Source: an uncultured Candidatus Saccharibacteria bacterium | GTDB taxonomy: Bacteria > Patescibacteriota > Minisyncoccia > Phycocordibacterales > UBA918 | Length of the DNA: 58,454 nt | Reading direction: 5' to 3' | Assembly: GCA_964425625.1 (NCBI GenBank) | Contig: CAYRMI010000002.1 | Coordinates: forward strand, 1 to 58,454 | In this document: positions 46,150 through 55,286 of the stretch, piece after piece | Numbering within the stretch: the stretch's first letter is position 1 | Layout of the letters: each line of letters opens with the position of its first letter | Made by a program: the position numbers and the translations under genes | The notes under the pieces: generated by a model | The model's database searches: none | Told to the model about the DNA's origin: nothing | The model's input: only the letters and a program-made list of their open reading frames with translations

Positions 46150-46503
46150 ATGTTTTTAACATTAAAACAATATAAATTTTTTAAATGTTTAGTTTTAGCA
46201 ATTGATATCCTCCCTCCCATTCTTTTCCTGTTACTTTTAGTGAGTGGTAACTCATGGCTGGCTATGGGTACTTTAGTTGGAATAGTGGCCCTTACTTCAA
46301 GTACTTTTGTTCCTGTGCCTATACTTTCAATTTTAAATATCATTATCATAGTAGTAACTGCAGCTATTTTAGTGAAGAGTAAAAAGTCTGTCGTTGAAGA
46401 AGGTTATCGCTCGGCATTAGTTTTGGGGGTGATACTTTTTAGCCTATTTACAGCTTTATATTTGTTTCTATTCTTTGTAAATCCAATTACACTATCTCAT
46501 TAA
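46150..46503 (+). CDS. Hypothetical AT-rich integral membrane protein
   Basis: Three to four hydrophobic segments; stop is 1 nt before the trmD ATG. Confidence 0.6.
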   Translation: MFLTLKQYKFFKCLVLAIDILPPILFLLLLVSGNSWLAMGTLVGIVALTSSTFVPVPILSILNIIIIVVTAAILVKSKKSVVEEGYRSALVLGVILFSLFTALYLFLFFVNPITLSH

Positions 46504-46504
46504 T

Positions 46505-47188
46505 ATGCATTTTCACGTTATTACATTATTCCCAGAGGTTTGCGAAGCGTACACGAGCGCGAGTATTTTGGGGCGGGCGCAAAAGGTAGAGAAAGGGAAG
46601 GGGGCTAAGGTAAAAGGGAAGCAGATAGATGTTTCTTACTACAATCCGCGGGATTTTTCGACCGATAAACACCACAAAGTGGATGAGCGTCCTTATGGTG
46701 GTGGTCCGGGTATGGTGATGATGGTGGAGCCGGTTTTGAAAGCTTGGGAAAAAGCGGTTGGTAAAAAGACCGCAAGCCTGAAGAAAGGGAAGGTGAAGAC
46801 ACTTATTATGTCGCCCCGCGGTACGCTTTTTACCCAAGCGCTAGCCAAAGAGTATGCAGATCAGTACGACCATCTCGTACTTATTTCAGGTCGCTACGAA
46901 GGCATCGATTCGCGGGTAAAAGAAATCCTTAGTGCCGAAGAGGTATCGGTTGGTGAGTACGTCCTGACCGGTGGGGAACTCCCAGCCCTCACTATTATTG
47001 ATGCCGTGGCGCGGAACGTACCAGGCGTGCTCGGAACTTTTGAATCACTAGAAGACGAGCGGGTCTCGAGCGGAGAAATGTACACGCGTCCCGAAGTCTT
47101 TGCTTACAAGAAGAAAAGATACTCCGTGCCAGAAGTCCTGCTTGGTGGTAATCACGCCGAGATAGAAAAGTGGAAGAAAGGCAAATAA
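46505..47188 (+). CDS. trmD: tRNA (guanine-N1)-methyltransferase
   Basis: ITLFPE, VDERPYGGGPGMVM, SGRYEGIDSR, SVGEYVLTGGELPA, VPEVLLGGNH. Confidence 0.96.
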   Translation: MHFHVITLFPEVCEAYTSASILGRAQKVEKGKGAKVKGKQIDVSYYNPRDFSTDKHHKVDERPYGGGPGMVMMVEPVLKAWEKAVGKKTASLKKGKVKTLIMSPRGTLFTQALAKEYADQYDHLVLISGRYEGIDSRVKEILSAEEVSVGEYVLTGGELPALTIIDAVARNVPGVLGTFESLEDERVSSGEMYTRPEVFAYKKKRYSVPEVLLGGNHAEIEKWKKGK

Positions 47189-47284
47189 TTTTGCCTTTCT
47201 TCCGACCCAGCTGAGAAGCTGGGATTTTCGATGTAAAAGACGAGAAAATAGGAGGGAAGCGAGTTTGTATTTATAATCCTGTGT

Positions 47285-47392
47285 TAATGGGTATAAGTCC
47301 GATATAATTTTGATTTATGTGGTGTAGTTATAAAAATCGCAACGGTAAATTACAGCACAAGAGTTGGCTAAATAACGGACTTATACCCATTA
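47285..47392. mobile_element. Putative 108-bp MITE-like element or invertible segment
   Basis: Perfect 17-bp terminal inverted repeats TAATGGGTATAAGTCCG / CGGACTTATACCCATTA around 74 bp; ends in TA. Confidence 0.45.
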
Positions 47393-47450
47393 TCAAGCAT
47401 TAATAGTTTGCTTTTGTCAACTAGACAAAAGTACTGCCAAGAGTTTGGAC

Positions 47451-47478
47451 TTGCGGTTTTTCTCAGGTTTGCTATAAT
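47451..47478 (+). promoter_or_regulatory. rpoBC promoter
   Basis: TTGCGG-16-TATAAT with TG extension; implies a leader of about 180 nt. Confidence 0.6.
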
Positions 47479-47662
47479 CCCGCCACATACGCAAAGGGTC
47501 TCGATTGTGTTTTGGGTGGGAGATTTTTGTTGTAGCGGAATAGTCACGCGCGTGATGCCGATATTAGCAAAATAAAACAGAATAAAATTCAGTAAACGCA
47601 ATTATTTGCGATTTTTGTCTTTTAGGCTGTTTTAGGGGGAGGTATAAGTTTTATATATTTAT

Positions 47663-50600
47663 ATGTCAGCAGCAAAAAAAGGAGGTGAGGCGACCGTGTC
47701 GGTTGGCAATATGCCACAGAAGTTTTTCCAAGTCAGTCGAGCGCCACAGATTCCACTACCCGATTTGATTGAGCCACAGCGCTTGTCTTACCGGTGGTTT
47801 GTGGAAACTGCGCTAAAAGAGATTTTCACTGAATTTTCACCGATCAGTGACTACTCAGAAAAAAAGTTCGAGCTTAAGTTCAAAAAGTACGAACTAGGTG
47901 CTCCTAAGTGTACCCCTGAGTTTGCCAAGGAAAATAAACTCACCTACGAAGCTCCACTACGGGCCCAAGTCATTCTCAAGAATAAGACTTTTGAGAGTGA
48001 GAAAGACCAGGAAATTTTCATGACTGACCTGCCGGTCATGACCGAGCATGGTACTTTCATCATCAATGGTGTAGAGCGAGTCATTGTCCCCCAATTAGCT
48101 CGTTCTTACGGTATCTTCTTCACCGCTGAAGAAACTAAGGGTCGCCAACTCTTTGGTGCCAAAATCATTCCAGCTCGTGGCGCTTGGATTGAACTAGAGT
48201 CTGAAGCCGATGGAGTAATTTATGTAAAAATCGACCGTAAGAAGAAGTTTCCCGTTTCTTCACTATTACGTGTGCTTGGTGTTGAAAAAGAAAAAGACAT
48301 GATTACCCTCATGAAGGGTGTAGAGCGTGGTGAGGAATATATGAAGGCAACTATTGCCAAAGATCCGGCCAAGTCAGTCGATGAGTCATTTGTTGAAATC
48401 TACCGCCGTCTGCGCGATGGTGATTTGGCGACTGTAGAAAACGCCCGGGAGTTTGTGCGTTCTATTTTTGCCCCTGAGCGTTACGATCTTTCTGAGATTG
48501 GTCGACATCACTTCAATGAGCGCTTTGGTCGTCCGATCGACGAGAAAGCAACTAGCGAAAGAACTATTTCAATTGAAGACGTTCGCCTTATCTTGACCCA
48601 CATCGTGACCCAAAATCACGAACCAGGAGCTTTACCAGACGATATTGACCACCTCGGCTTCCGTCGCGTGCGCTACTTTGGGGAAATGCTCCAACAGCGC
48701 GTTCGGGTGGGTATGACGCGCATGAAACGAAATATTCAGGACCGTATGTCGACTATCGAGGCGGAGACTAGTTTGCCAATGCAGATCATCAACCCTCGTC
48801 CGCTTCAGGCTGCAATCAAGGAATTTTTCAGCACCAACCAACTTTCGCAATTCTCCCAACAACAAAACATCCTCGCGGAAATCGAGCACTTGCGTACTCT
48901 ATCCGCTCTTGGACCCGGTGGACTCACCCGCGAACGAGCCGGCTTTGAAGTGCGTGACATTCACACTTCTCACTACGGACGCCTCTGTCCTATCCACACT
49001 CCAGAAGGACCAAACATCGGTCTGATTCTCCGTCTAGCGATGTACTCTAGAGTAAATCGCTTTGGCATTATTGAGACCCCTTACGCTAAAGTCGAAAAGG
49101 GTGTGGTAACCGGTGAGGTTGTTTACTTTAATGCTCATGAAGAAGAAAAGTTTAATATTGCTCATGCTGCGGTAGAGGTAGATGCCAACGGAAAAATTAA
49201 GCCAGAGATGGTAGAAGCGCGTCGCAAAGGTGATCCTTTTATCATTCCGCGCAAGGAGGTTGATTATATGGATATTGCTACCAATCAAGCTTTCTCGGTA
49301 GCTACTTCGATGATTCCATTCCTTAATCATGACGATGCTAACCGTACCTTGATGGGTAGTAACATGCAGAAGCAGGCGACTCCTTGTGTCATTCAGGAAG
49401 CCCCACTAGTGGCTACTGGAGTGGAAGGTATGGTAGCTCGTGATACTGGACGCGTAATCTACGCCACCGAAGCTGGTGAAGTGATTGAGTGTGATGCTAA
49501 GCATATCGTGGTCAAAAATAAAGATGGTAAGAAAAAAGACTACCCACTGACTTCTTTCCAACGAACCAACGATTTTTCTGCTTTCTATCATCGCCCATCA
49601 GTCACGATTGGTGACAAAGTAAAGACCGGTGATCTACTAGCTGATACCTCTTCTACCGACAACGGTCAAATCGCCGTCGGACAAAATGCTCTAGTGGCAT
49701 TTATGAGTTGGAATGGTGCTAACTACGAAGATGCGATCGTTATTTCTGAGCGCCTGGTGAAACAAAGCAAGTTTTCTACTATTCACCTTGATGAGCTAGA
49801 AGTTTCGGTGCGCGACACCAAGCTTGGACCAGAGGTTACTTCTTCGGATATTCCTAACGTGTCTGAGCTCAAGCTCCGTAACCTCGATGAGAACGGTATC
49901 ATCCGTATCGGTGCAGAAGTGCGTCCGGGGGATATTTTGGTCGGTAAAGTCACACCAAAAGGTGAGACTCAACTAACACCAGAGGAACGTCTACTACGCT
50001 CTATCTTTGGTGAGAAGGCTAAGGACGTAAAAGACACTTCATTGCGCCTCGAGGCTGGTAAGCGAGGACGTATCATTGGTGTAAAAATCTTCTCACGTGA
50101 GAACGGTGATCAACTGGAAAGTGGTGTGATTAAACGAATTCATGTCACTATCGCTCAAGTACGTAACGTATCAGTGGGTGATAAGCTTGCTGGGCGACAT
50201 GGTAACAAAGGTGTTATCTCACGTATTTTACCGGAAGAAGATATGCCTTATACCGAAGATGGTCGACCGATTGATATTCTGCTGACACCACTGGGTGTAC
50301 CGTCTCGTATGAACCTCGGACAGATTCTAGAACTACACTTGGGTATGGCCGCCAACACCTTGGGTTACCAAGCTATCGTACCACCGTTTGCGGGGGCAAC
50401 CGAAAATCACGTCAAAGCTGAACTCAAAGCCGCTGGTTTGCCAGAGGATGGAAAGATACAGTTACGTGATGGTCTGACTGGTGAGCAATTTGCGCAGAAG
50501 ACAGCGGTTGGTTACATGTACATCTTGAAGCTTCACCACATGGTAGAAGACAAGATCCACATGCGTTCAATTGGGCCGTACTCACTTATTACTCAACAGC

Positions 50601-50887
50601 CACTCGGTGGAAAGGCGCAAGTGGGAGGTCAGCGCTTCGGCGAAATGGAAGTCTGGGCGCTTCTTGGTTATGGTGCGGCTTACACTTTGCGAGAAATGCT
50701 CACTATAAAATCGGATGATATTGTTGGTCGTTCAGCCGCCTTCGATGCTATCGTCCGTGGTGAAAAAATTAGTCATCCTCATACACCAGCCGCCTTTAAC
50801 GTACTTATAAATCAACTTCGCGGTCTATCACTTGACGTTAAATTGGAAAAGGCCGATCGGGTGGAGCGCACTCGTCGTGAGGTTTAG
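47663..50887 (+). CDS. rpoB: RNA polymerase beta subunit
   Basis: FIINGVERV, RDIHTSHYGRLCPIHTPEGPNIG, GDKLAGRHGNKG, GGQRFGEMEVWAL. Confidence 0.98.
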   Translation: MSAAKKGGEATVSVGNMPQKFFQVSRAPQIPLPDLIEPQRLSYRWFVETALKEIFTEFSPISDYSEKKFELKFKKYELGAPKCTPEFAKENKLTYEAPLRAQVILKNKTFESEKDQEIFMTDLPVMTEHGTFIINGVERVIVPQLARSYGIFFTAEETKGRQLFGAKIIPARGAWIELESEADGVIYVKIDRKKKFPVSSLLRVLGVEKEKDMITLMKGVERGEEYMKATIAKDPAKSVDESFVEIYRRLRDGDLATVENAREFVRSIFAPERYDLSEIGRHHFNERFGRPIDEKATSERTISIEDVRLILTHIVTQNHEPGALPDDIDHLGFRRVRYFGEMLQQRVRVGMTRMKRNIQDRMSTIEAETSLPMQIINPRPLQAAIKEFFSTNQLSQFSQQQNILAEIEHLRTLSALGPGGLTRERAGFEVRDIHTSHYGRLCPIHTPEGPNIGLILRLAMYSRVNRFGIIETPYAKVEKGVVTGEVVYFNAHEEEKFNIAHAAVEVDANGKIKPEMVEARRKGDPFIIPRKEVDYMDIATNQAFSVATSMIPFLNHDDANRTLMGSNMQKQATPCVIQEAPLVATGVEGMVARDTGRVIYATEAGEVIECDAKHIVVKNKDGKKKDYPLTSFQRTNDFSAFYHRPSVTIGDKVKTGDLLADTSSTDNGQIAVGQNALVAFMSWNGANYEDAIVISERLVKQSKFSTIHLDELEVSVRDTKLGPEVTSSDIPNVSELKLRNLDENGIIRIGAEVRPGDILVGKVTPKGETQLTPEERLLRSIFGEKAKDVKDTSLRLEAGKRGRIIGVKIFSRENGDQLESGVIKRIHVTIAQVRNVSVGDKLAGRHGNKGVISRILPEEDMPYTEDGRPIDILLTPLGVPSRMNLGQILELHLGMAANTLGYQAIVPPFAGATENHVKAELKAAGLPEDGKIQLRDGLTGEQFAQKTAVGYMYILKLHHMVEDKIHMRSIGPYSLITQQPLGGKAQVGGQRFGEMEVWALLGYGAAYTLREMLTIKSDDIVGRSAAFDAIVRGEKISHPHTPAAFNVLINQLRGLSLDVKLEKADRVERTRREV

Positions 50888-50909
50888 TTCATAATTAGTA
50901 ATATAAAAT

Positions 50910-53900
50910 ATGTCAAACATGTCAACCTTCCAAAAGCCTCACGCCCCGACTGAATACACTGGTATTAGTCTGCGTCTAGCTTCACCGGATACTATCTTGG
51001 ACTGGTCTCACGGAGAAATCACAAAACCGGAAACCATCAACTACCGTACTCAGCGCCCTGAGAAGCATGGTCTTTTTGATGAAAGAATCTTTGGACCAGT
51101 GGAAGACTACGAGTGTGCTTGTAAGAAGTACCGTGGCATTCGCTACAAGGGAATTGTTTGTGAGAAGTGTGGAGTAGAGATCACTCGCGCTATCGTGCGT
51201 CGTGAGCGCATGGGTCATATCGATCTATGTATACCGGTCTCACACATCTGGTTCTTACGTGGTGTGCCAAGTCGCATTGCGATGATTTTGGGAATTTCCG
51301 CAGCGGATATAGAAAAAGTAATTTACTTCGCTGGGTACATTGTCACTAAAGTAAGTGAAGAGCATCGTAATCGGTTGCAGAGAGAACTTGAGGCTGAATT
51401 CAAATCTAAGCTTAAAGCCCTACAAAACGAAGATGCTAAAGAAGTATTGCAAACCCGCATGGAAGAAACCAAGAAAGAGATAGATAGTCTAAGGCCGGGA
51501 ACGGTGCTTGACGAGATGAGTTTTCACCGTTTTTCTATTAAGTACAGTACTCTGTTTGAAGCCCGCATTGGTGCGGAGGCAATCTACGATTTGTTTAAGG
51601 CTGTAAATCTTTCGGAATTGTTAACTCAGTTGGAAAAGAGTCGCGAGACAGCCGGAGCAATGGAGCGAGTGAAGCTTGATAAGAGAATGTCCCTGATCCG
51701 TGGAATGATAAACGCCGAAGTACGTCCTGAGTGGATGTTTCTCACTCGAATTCCGGTTATTCCGCCAGCCATTCGCCCGATGGTGGCACTCGAAGGTGGA
51801 CGTCATGCTTCCTCAGACCTAAATGACCTCTATCGTCGCGTCATCAATCGTAACAATCGTCTCAAGAAACTGATTGATATCATGGCGCCTGATGTGATCT
51901 TGCGAAATGAGAAGCGTATTCTCCAAGAAGCCGTTGATGCCTTGATTGATAACTCGATTCGTCATGGTGGTGGTGCTTACTCAGCGATGAGTCAGGCGCA
52001 ACGTCGACCACTAAAGTCTCTCTCAGATTACCTTAAGAGTAAGCAGGGTTACTTCCGCCAAAACCTACTTGGAAAACGAGTAGATTATTCAGGACGTTCG
52101 GTGATTGTGATTGGACCAGACTTGGCGCTAGATCAATGTGGTCTACCTAAGCATATGGCCCTAGAACTTTTCCGTCCATTTGTGATTGCGCAACTGCTCA
52201 AGCAAGAACTAGCTTACAACATTCGTGGCGCCGGCCGATTGATCGAAGATGGTGTGCCAGAAGTTTGGGCTATCTTGGAAGATGTGATTCGACATCGTCA
52301 TGTACTTCTCAACCGCGCACCGACTTTGCACCGTCAGGGTATACAAGCTTTTCGTCCAGTTTTGATAGAAGGTAATGCTATTCAAGTCCACCCACTCGTT
52401 TGTCGTGCTTTCAACGCCGACTTCGATGGTGACCAGATGGCCGTACACGTACCACTTTCAGATGAAGCGCAGATGGAGGCACGTGATATTATTTCCGCCA
52501 ACAAGAACATCCTCAAGCCGGGTTCGGCTGAACCGGTGGTATCAGAAAAGCTACTTGATATGGCCTTGGGTTCATATTGGATGACCAAGCTTATGCCGGG
52601 AGCAAAGGGTGAAGGAAAATACTTTGCTTCACCGAATGATGCTATTAATGCCTACGATCATGGCGTGATAGATTTCCGCGCCAAGGTAAATGTCCTCGCG
52701 ACTGATACGCCAAAGTACCAGCAATTTGAAGGTAAGCTGTTTGAGACCTCGGTCGGTCGTCTCATCTTTAACAGTGTGTTGCCAGCTGATCACATGTTCA
52801 TCAATGATGTGATTGTGCAGCGTACCCTTTTCTCAGTAATTATCGATATTATTGATTCTCGTGGTCCTGAGGCTGTGCCACCAATTGTTGACCGTCTGAA
52901 GAAGCTTGGTCTAAAGTATGCCACGATGTCTGGTACCACTTGGGGTATCGATGAAGTGAGTGTACCAAAGCAAAAACCAGCGATTATTGAGAAGTCACGT
53001 GGAGAAGAGAAAAATGTGATGGACGCTTTTGCTGAGGGTCTCATCTCTCGTGATGAACGTCGTCGTATGGTGGTGGAGATCTGGCACCGCGCCAAGACCG
53101 AACTAGAAAAAGTGCTACCGGAGACACTGGACCAGAATGGTTCAGCTTATGAAATGTGGAAGTCTGGCGCTCGAGGATCACTTGGACAGATTGCACAGAT
53201 GGCGGGTATGAAGGGACTTATTGTTAACACGAGAGGCGAGACAATTGAATTCCCAGTACTCTCATCTATGAAAGAGGGTATGACACCGTTGGAGTATTTC
53301 ATCACGACCCACGGTTCACGTAAGGGACTAGCTGACACCGCGCTCCAGACTGCCAAGGCTGGTTACCTCACTCGACGACTCTTCGTGGTGGCTCAGGACG
53401 CGATTGTGACTGAAGCTGATTGTAAGACTAAGCAAGGGGTTAATATTGGTCGAATTTCTGCTTCTGGTATTGAAATCGCTTTCTCGAAGGCTATCAAAGG
53501 ACGAATTCTGTCTGAAGACGCCGTTGATACTAAGGGTAATGTTATTTTCCCTAAAGGTCATTTGCTTAGTCGAAAAGACGCGATTGCTGTTGAGGAATCA
53601 ACTTGTGAATCAGTTGAGGTTCGTTCACCGATGACTTGTAAGACGCTACGTGGTGTATGTCAGTACTGTTACGGTATTGACCTGACGACCAATGAGATGG
53701 TGGATATTGGTGAAGCGGTTGGTACGGTGGCCGCCCAAGCGATTGGTGAACCAGGTACACAGCTAACGATGAACACCAAGCACGCTGGTGGAGCGGCTTC
53801 GGTTGGTGGTGACGTGACCTCTGGTCTACCGCGTGTAGAAGAAGTCTTTGAGAAGCGTGAACCAAAGATTCCGGCTGTTATCTCTCACTGCGAAGGTCAG

Positions 53901-54572
53901 GTGGTTGATATCCGCACTGAAGGCCGGGAGAAGGTGATTGTGGTGGCGCCAGACATGACCGCCAAGGGCGCACCAAAGAAGAAAGACAATATCGAGTATG
54001 AAGTAAATTACCGTCGCGTCGTGGCTGTCTCCAAGGGAGATACTGTCTACTCGGGTCAACTTTTGACCGATGGTTCGGCTTCACTACCGGAATTATTTAA
54101 GTACGGAAACCAAGAAATCACTCAGGACTACATCATTTCTGAAGTAAACAAGATTTACGAACTACAAGGTGTGACGATTGCACGCAAGCACATTGAACTG
54201 ATTGTCAAGCAGATGATGTCACGGATGAAAGTCACCGCTTCTGGCGACAGTCGATTCACTGTCGGGGAAGTGATTGAAGAATGGATTATTGCTGAGGAGA
54301 ATGCAAAGCTCAAGGCCGATGGTAAGGAGCCAGCCAAGGCTGATAGACTTATCTTAGGTATCACTGAGACCTCACTGTCTCGTAAGAGTTTCCTCTCGGC
54401 TGCTTCCTTCCAAAATACTACCCGCGTCTTAATCAATGCCGCGGTGAAGGGAAGTCACGATAATCTAGCTGGTCTTATGGAAAACGTCATCATCGGTAAA
54501 CTTATCCCAGCCGGCTCTGGCTTCAAGGGTAGTAAGAAGTACGAGATGATTGAGGAGTTGAACGGAAGATAA
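50910..54572 (+). CDS. rpoC: RNA polymerase beta' subunit
   Basis: Zn ribbon CACKKY..CEKC, NLLGKRVDYSGRSVI, NADFDGD, GEPGTQLTM, SAASFQ. Confidence 0.98.
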   Translation: MSNMSTFQKPHAPTEYTGISLRLASPDTILDWSHGEITKPETINYRTQRPEKHGLFDERIFGPVEDYECACKKYRGIRYKGIVCEKCGVEITRAIVRRERMGHIDLCIPVSHIWFLRGVPSRIAMILGISAADIEKVIYFAGYIVTKVSEEHRNRLQRELEAEFKSKLKALQNEDAKEVLQTRMEETKKEIDSLRPGTVLDEMSFHRFSIKYSTLFEARIGAEAIYDLFKAVNLSELLTQLEKSRETAGAMERVKLDKRMSLIRGMINAEVRPEWMFLTRIPVIPPAIRPMVALEGGRHASSDLNDLYRRVINRNNRLKKLIDIMAPDVILRNEKRILQEAVDALIDNSIRHGGGAYSAMSQAQRRPLKSLSDYLKSKQGYFRQNLLGKRVDYSGRSVIVIGPDLALDQCGLPKHMALELFRPFVIAQLLKQELAYNIRGAGRLIEDGVPEVWAILEDVIRHRHVLLNRAPTLHRQGIQAFRPVLIEGNAIQVHPLVCRAFNADFDGDQMAVHVPLSDEAQMEARDIISANKNILKPGSAEPVVSEKLLDMALGSYWMTKLMPGAKGEGKYFASPNDAINAYDHGVIDFRAKVNVLATDTPKYQQFEGKLFETSVGRLIFNSVLPADHMFINDVIVQRTLFSVIIDIIDSRGPEAVPPIVDRLKKLGLKYATMSGTTWGIDEVSVPKQKPAIIEKSRGEEKNVMDAFAEGLISRDERRRMVVEIWHRAKTELEKVLPETLDQNGSAYEMWKSGARGSLGQIAQMAGMKGLIVNTRGETIEFPVLSSMKEGMTPLEYFITTHGSRKGLADTALQTAKAGYLTRRLFVVAQDAIVTEADCKTKQGVNIGRISASGIEIAFSKAIKGRILSEDAVDTKGNVIFPKGHLLSRKDAIAVEESTCESVEVRSPMTCKTLRGVCQYCYGIDLTTNEMVDIGEAVGTVAAQAIGEPGTQLTMNTKHAGGAASVGGDVTSGLPRVEEVFEKREPKIPAVISHCEGQVVDIRTEGREKVIVVAPDMTAKGAPKKKDNIEYEVNYRRVVAVSKGDTVYSGQLLTDGSASLPELFKYGNQEITQDYIISEVNKIYELQGVTIARKHIELIVKQMMSRMKVTASGDSRFTVGEVIEEWIIAEENAKLKADGKEPAKADRLILGITETSLSRKSFLSAASFQNTTRVLINAAVKGSHDNLAGLMENVIIGKLIPAGSGFKGSKKYEMIEELNGR

Positions 54573-54590
54573 TTAAAGTAGGTTAAGAGC

Positions 54591-54637
54591 AAAGGCCACC
54601 GAGCACCTCCCCTTTGGGGAGGTGCTCGGTGGCCTTT
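54591..54637 (+). terminator. 22-bp perfect hairpin after rpoC
   Basis: AAAGGCCACCGAGCACCTCCCC-TTT-GGGGAGGTGCTCGGTGGCCTTT. Confidence 0.8.
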
Positions 54638-54914
54638 TGCGTGCTAGAAAAACAAAATAGGAAAACTTGATGCCGTGCCTCGCTCAACACGCGTTCATTT
54701 TTCCTCTCGAATTGTGTCTTAGGTCAAAATAAGAGATGGTCCCATATCTTGATTGGCAGCTCGCTACAGTCAGATTCTCTTTTGTAGGTCGAATCTGACT
54801 AAGCGCCTGCATCACCACAAGAGTATTTCCGTTTCTATATTCCTTTCAGTCATTAGAAACTAGGTCAAATTCGCAATAGTCGACGCGGTGCGTCTCTTTT
54901 GCTCAATTAACAAT

Positions 54915-54942
54915 CCCCGGCAAGCGCTAGGGCTTGCCGGGG
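54915..54942 (-). terminator. GC-rich hairpin after the orphan ORF
   Basis: CCCCGGCAAGC-GCTAGG-GCTTGCCGGGG, 9 nt past the stop. Confidence 0.6.
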
Positions 54943-54951
54943 GTATGGACT

Positions 54952-55173
54952 TCACGTCTTTTCATGAGCGTTGATCTGTTCCTGGGTGGGCGTGATCCAT
55001 TTGATGCCGTATTCCTTATAGGTACCCGGCCTTTTGAAGGACACGTGCCACATACCGTGCTCGTTCTCCTCGAAGGCGGTAGCTGGGATGGTGTGGCCGT
55101 CGACCTCGATATTTACAGGCCACGTCTTATGGTCGAGGGGGATCAGTTTGGCAAAGAAGGTAGCTAGGGACAT
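54952..55173 (-). CDS. Small hypothetical protein (73 aa)
   Basis: AAGGAG 6 nt before the ATG; promoter TTGCTT-16-TATAAT (55211-55238); downstream hairpin. Confidence 0.6.
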   Translation of the reverse strand: MSLATFFAKLIPLDHKTWPVNIEVDGHTIPATAFEENEHGMWHVSFKRPGTYKEYGIKWITPTQEQINAHEKT

Positions 55174-55286
55174 CTTTCTCTCCTTATGGCGGGTGATTGA
55201 ACCAACTTATATTATAGCACATTTTGCCAAGAAAGCAAAGTTTTGGGCAGTTCTTCAGTTTTGCCGTATACTAGAGCTAATTATTT

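Noticed and set aside
47368-47601. 77-aa minus-strand ORF upstream of rpoB, and 55034-55294 plus-strand ORF
   Set aside because: They overlap promoters, inverted repeats or a better-supported opposite-strand ORF, and have no coding features.
47480-47660. Known ncRNA (SRP, RNase P, tmRNA, 6S) in the rpoB leader
   Set aside because: Some pairing is possible (TCCCGCC/GGTGGGA, TCACGCGCGTGA), but no diagnostic motif is recognisable; an Rfam scan would be needed.
47663-54572. Short ORFs antisense or out of frame within rpoB/rpoC (likewise within gyrB, dnaE, thrS, smc, rnr, dnaG)
   Set aside because: Fully nested in conserved essential genes, with no start signals or recognisable motifs.
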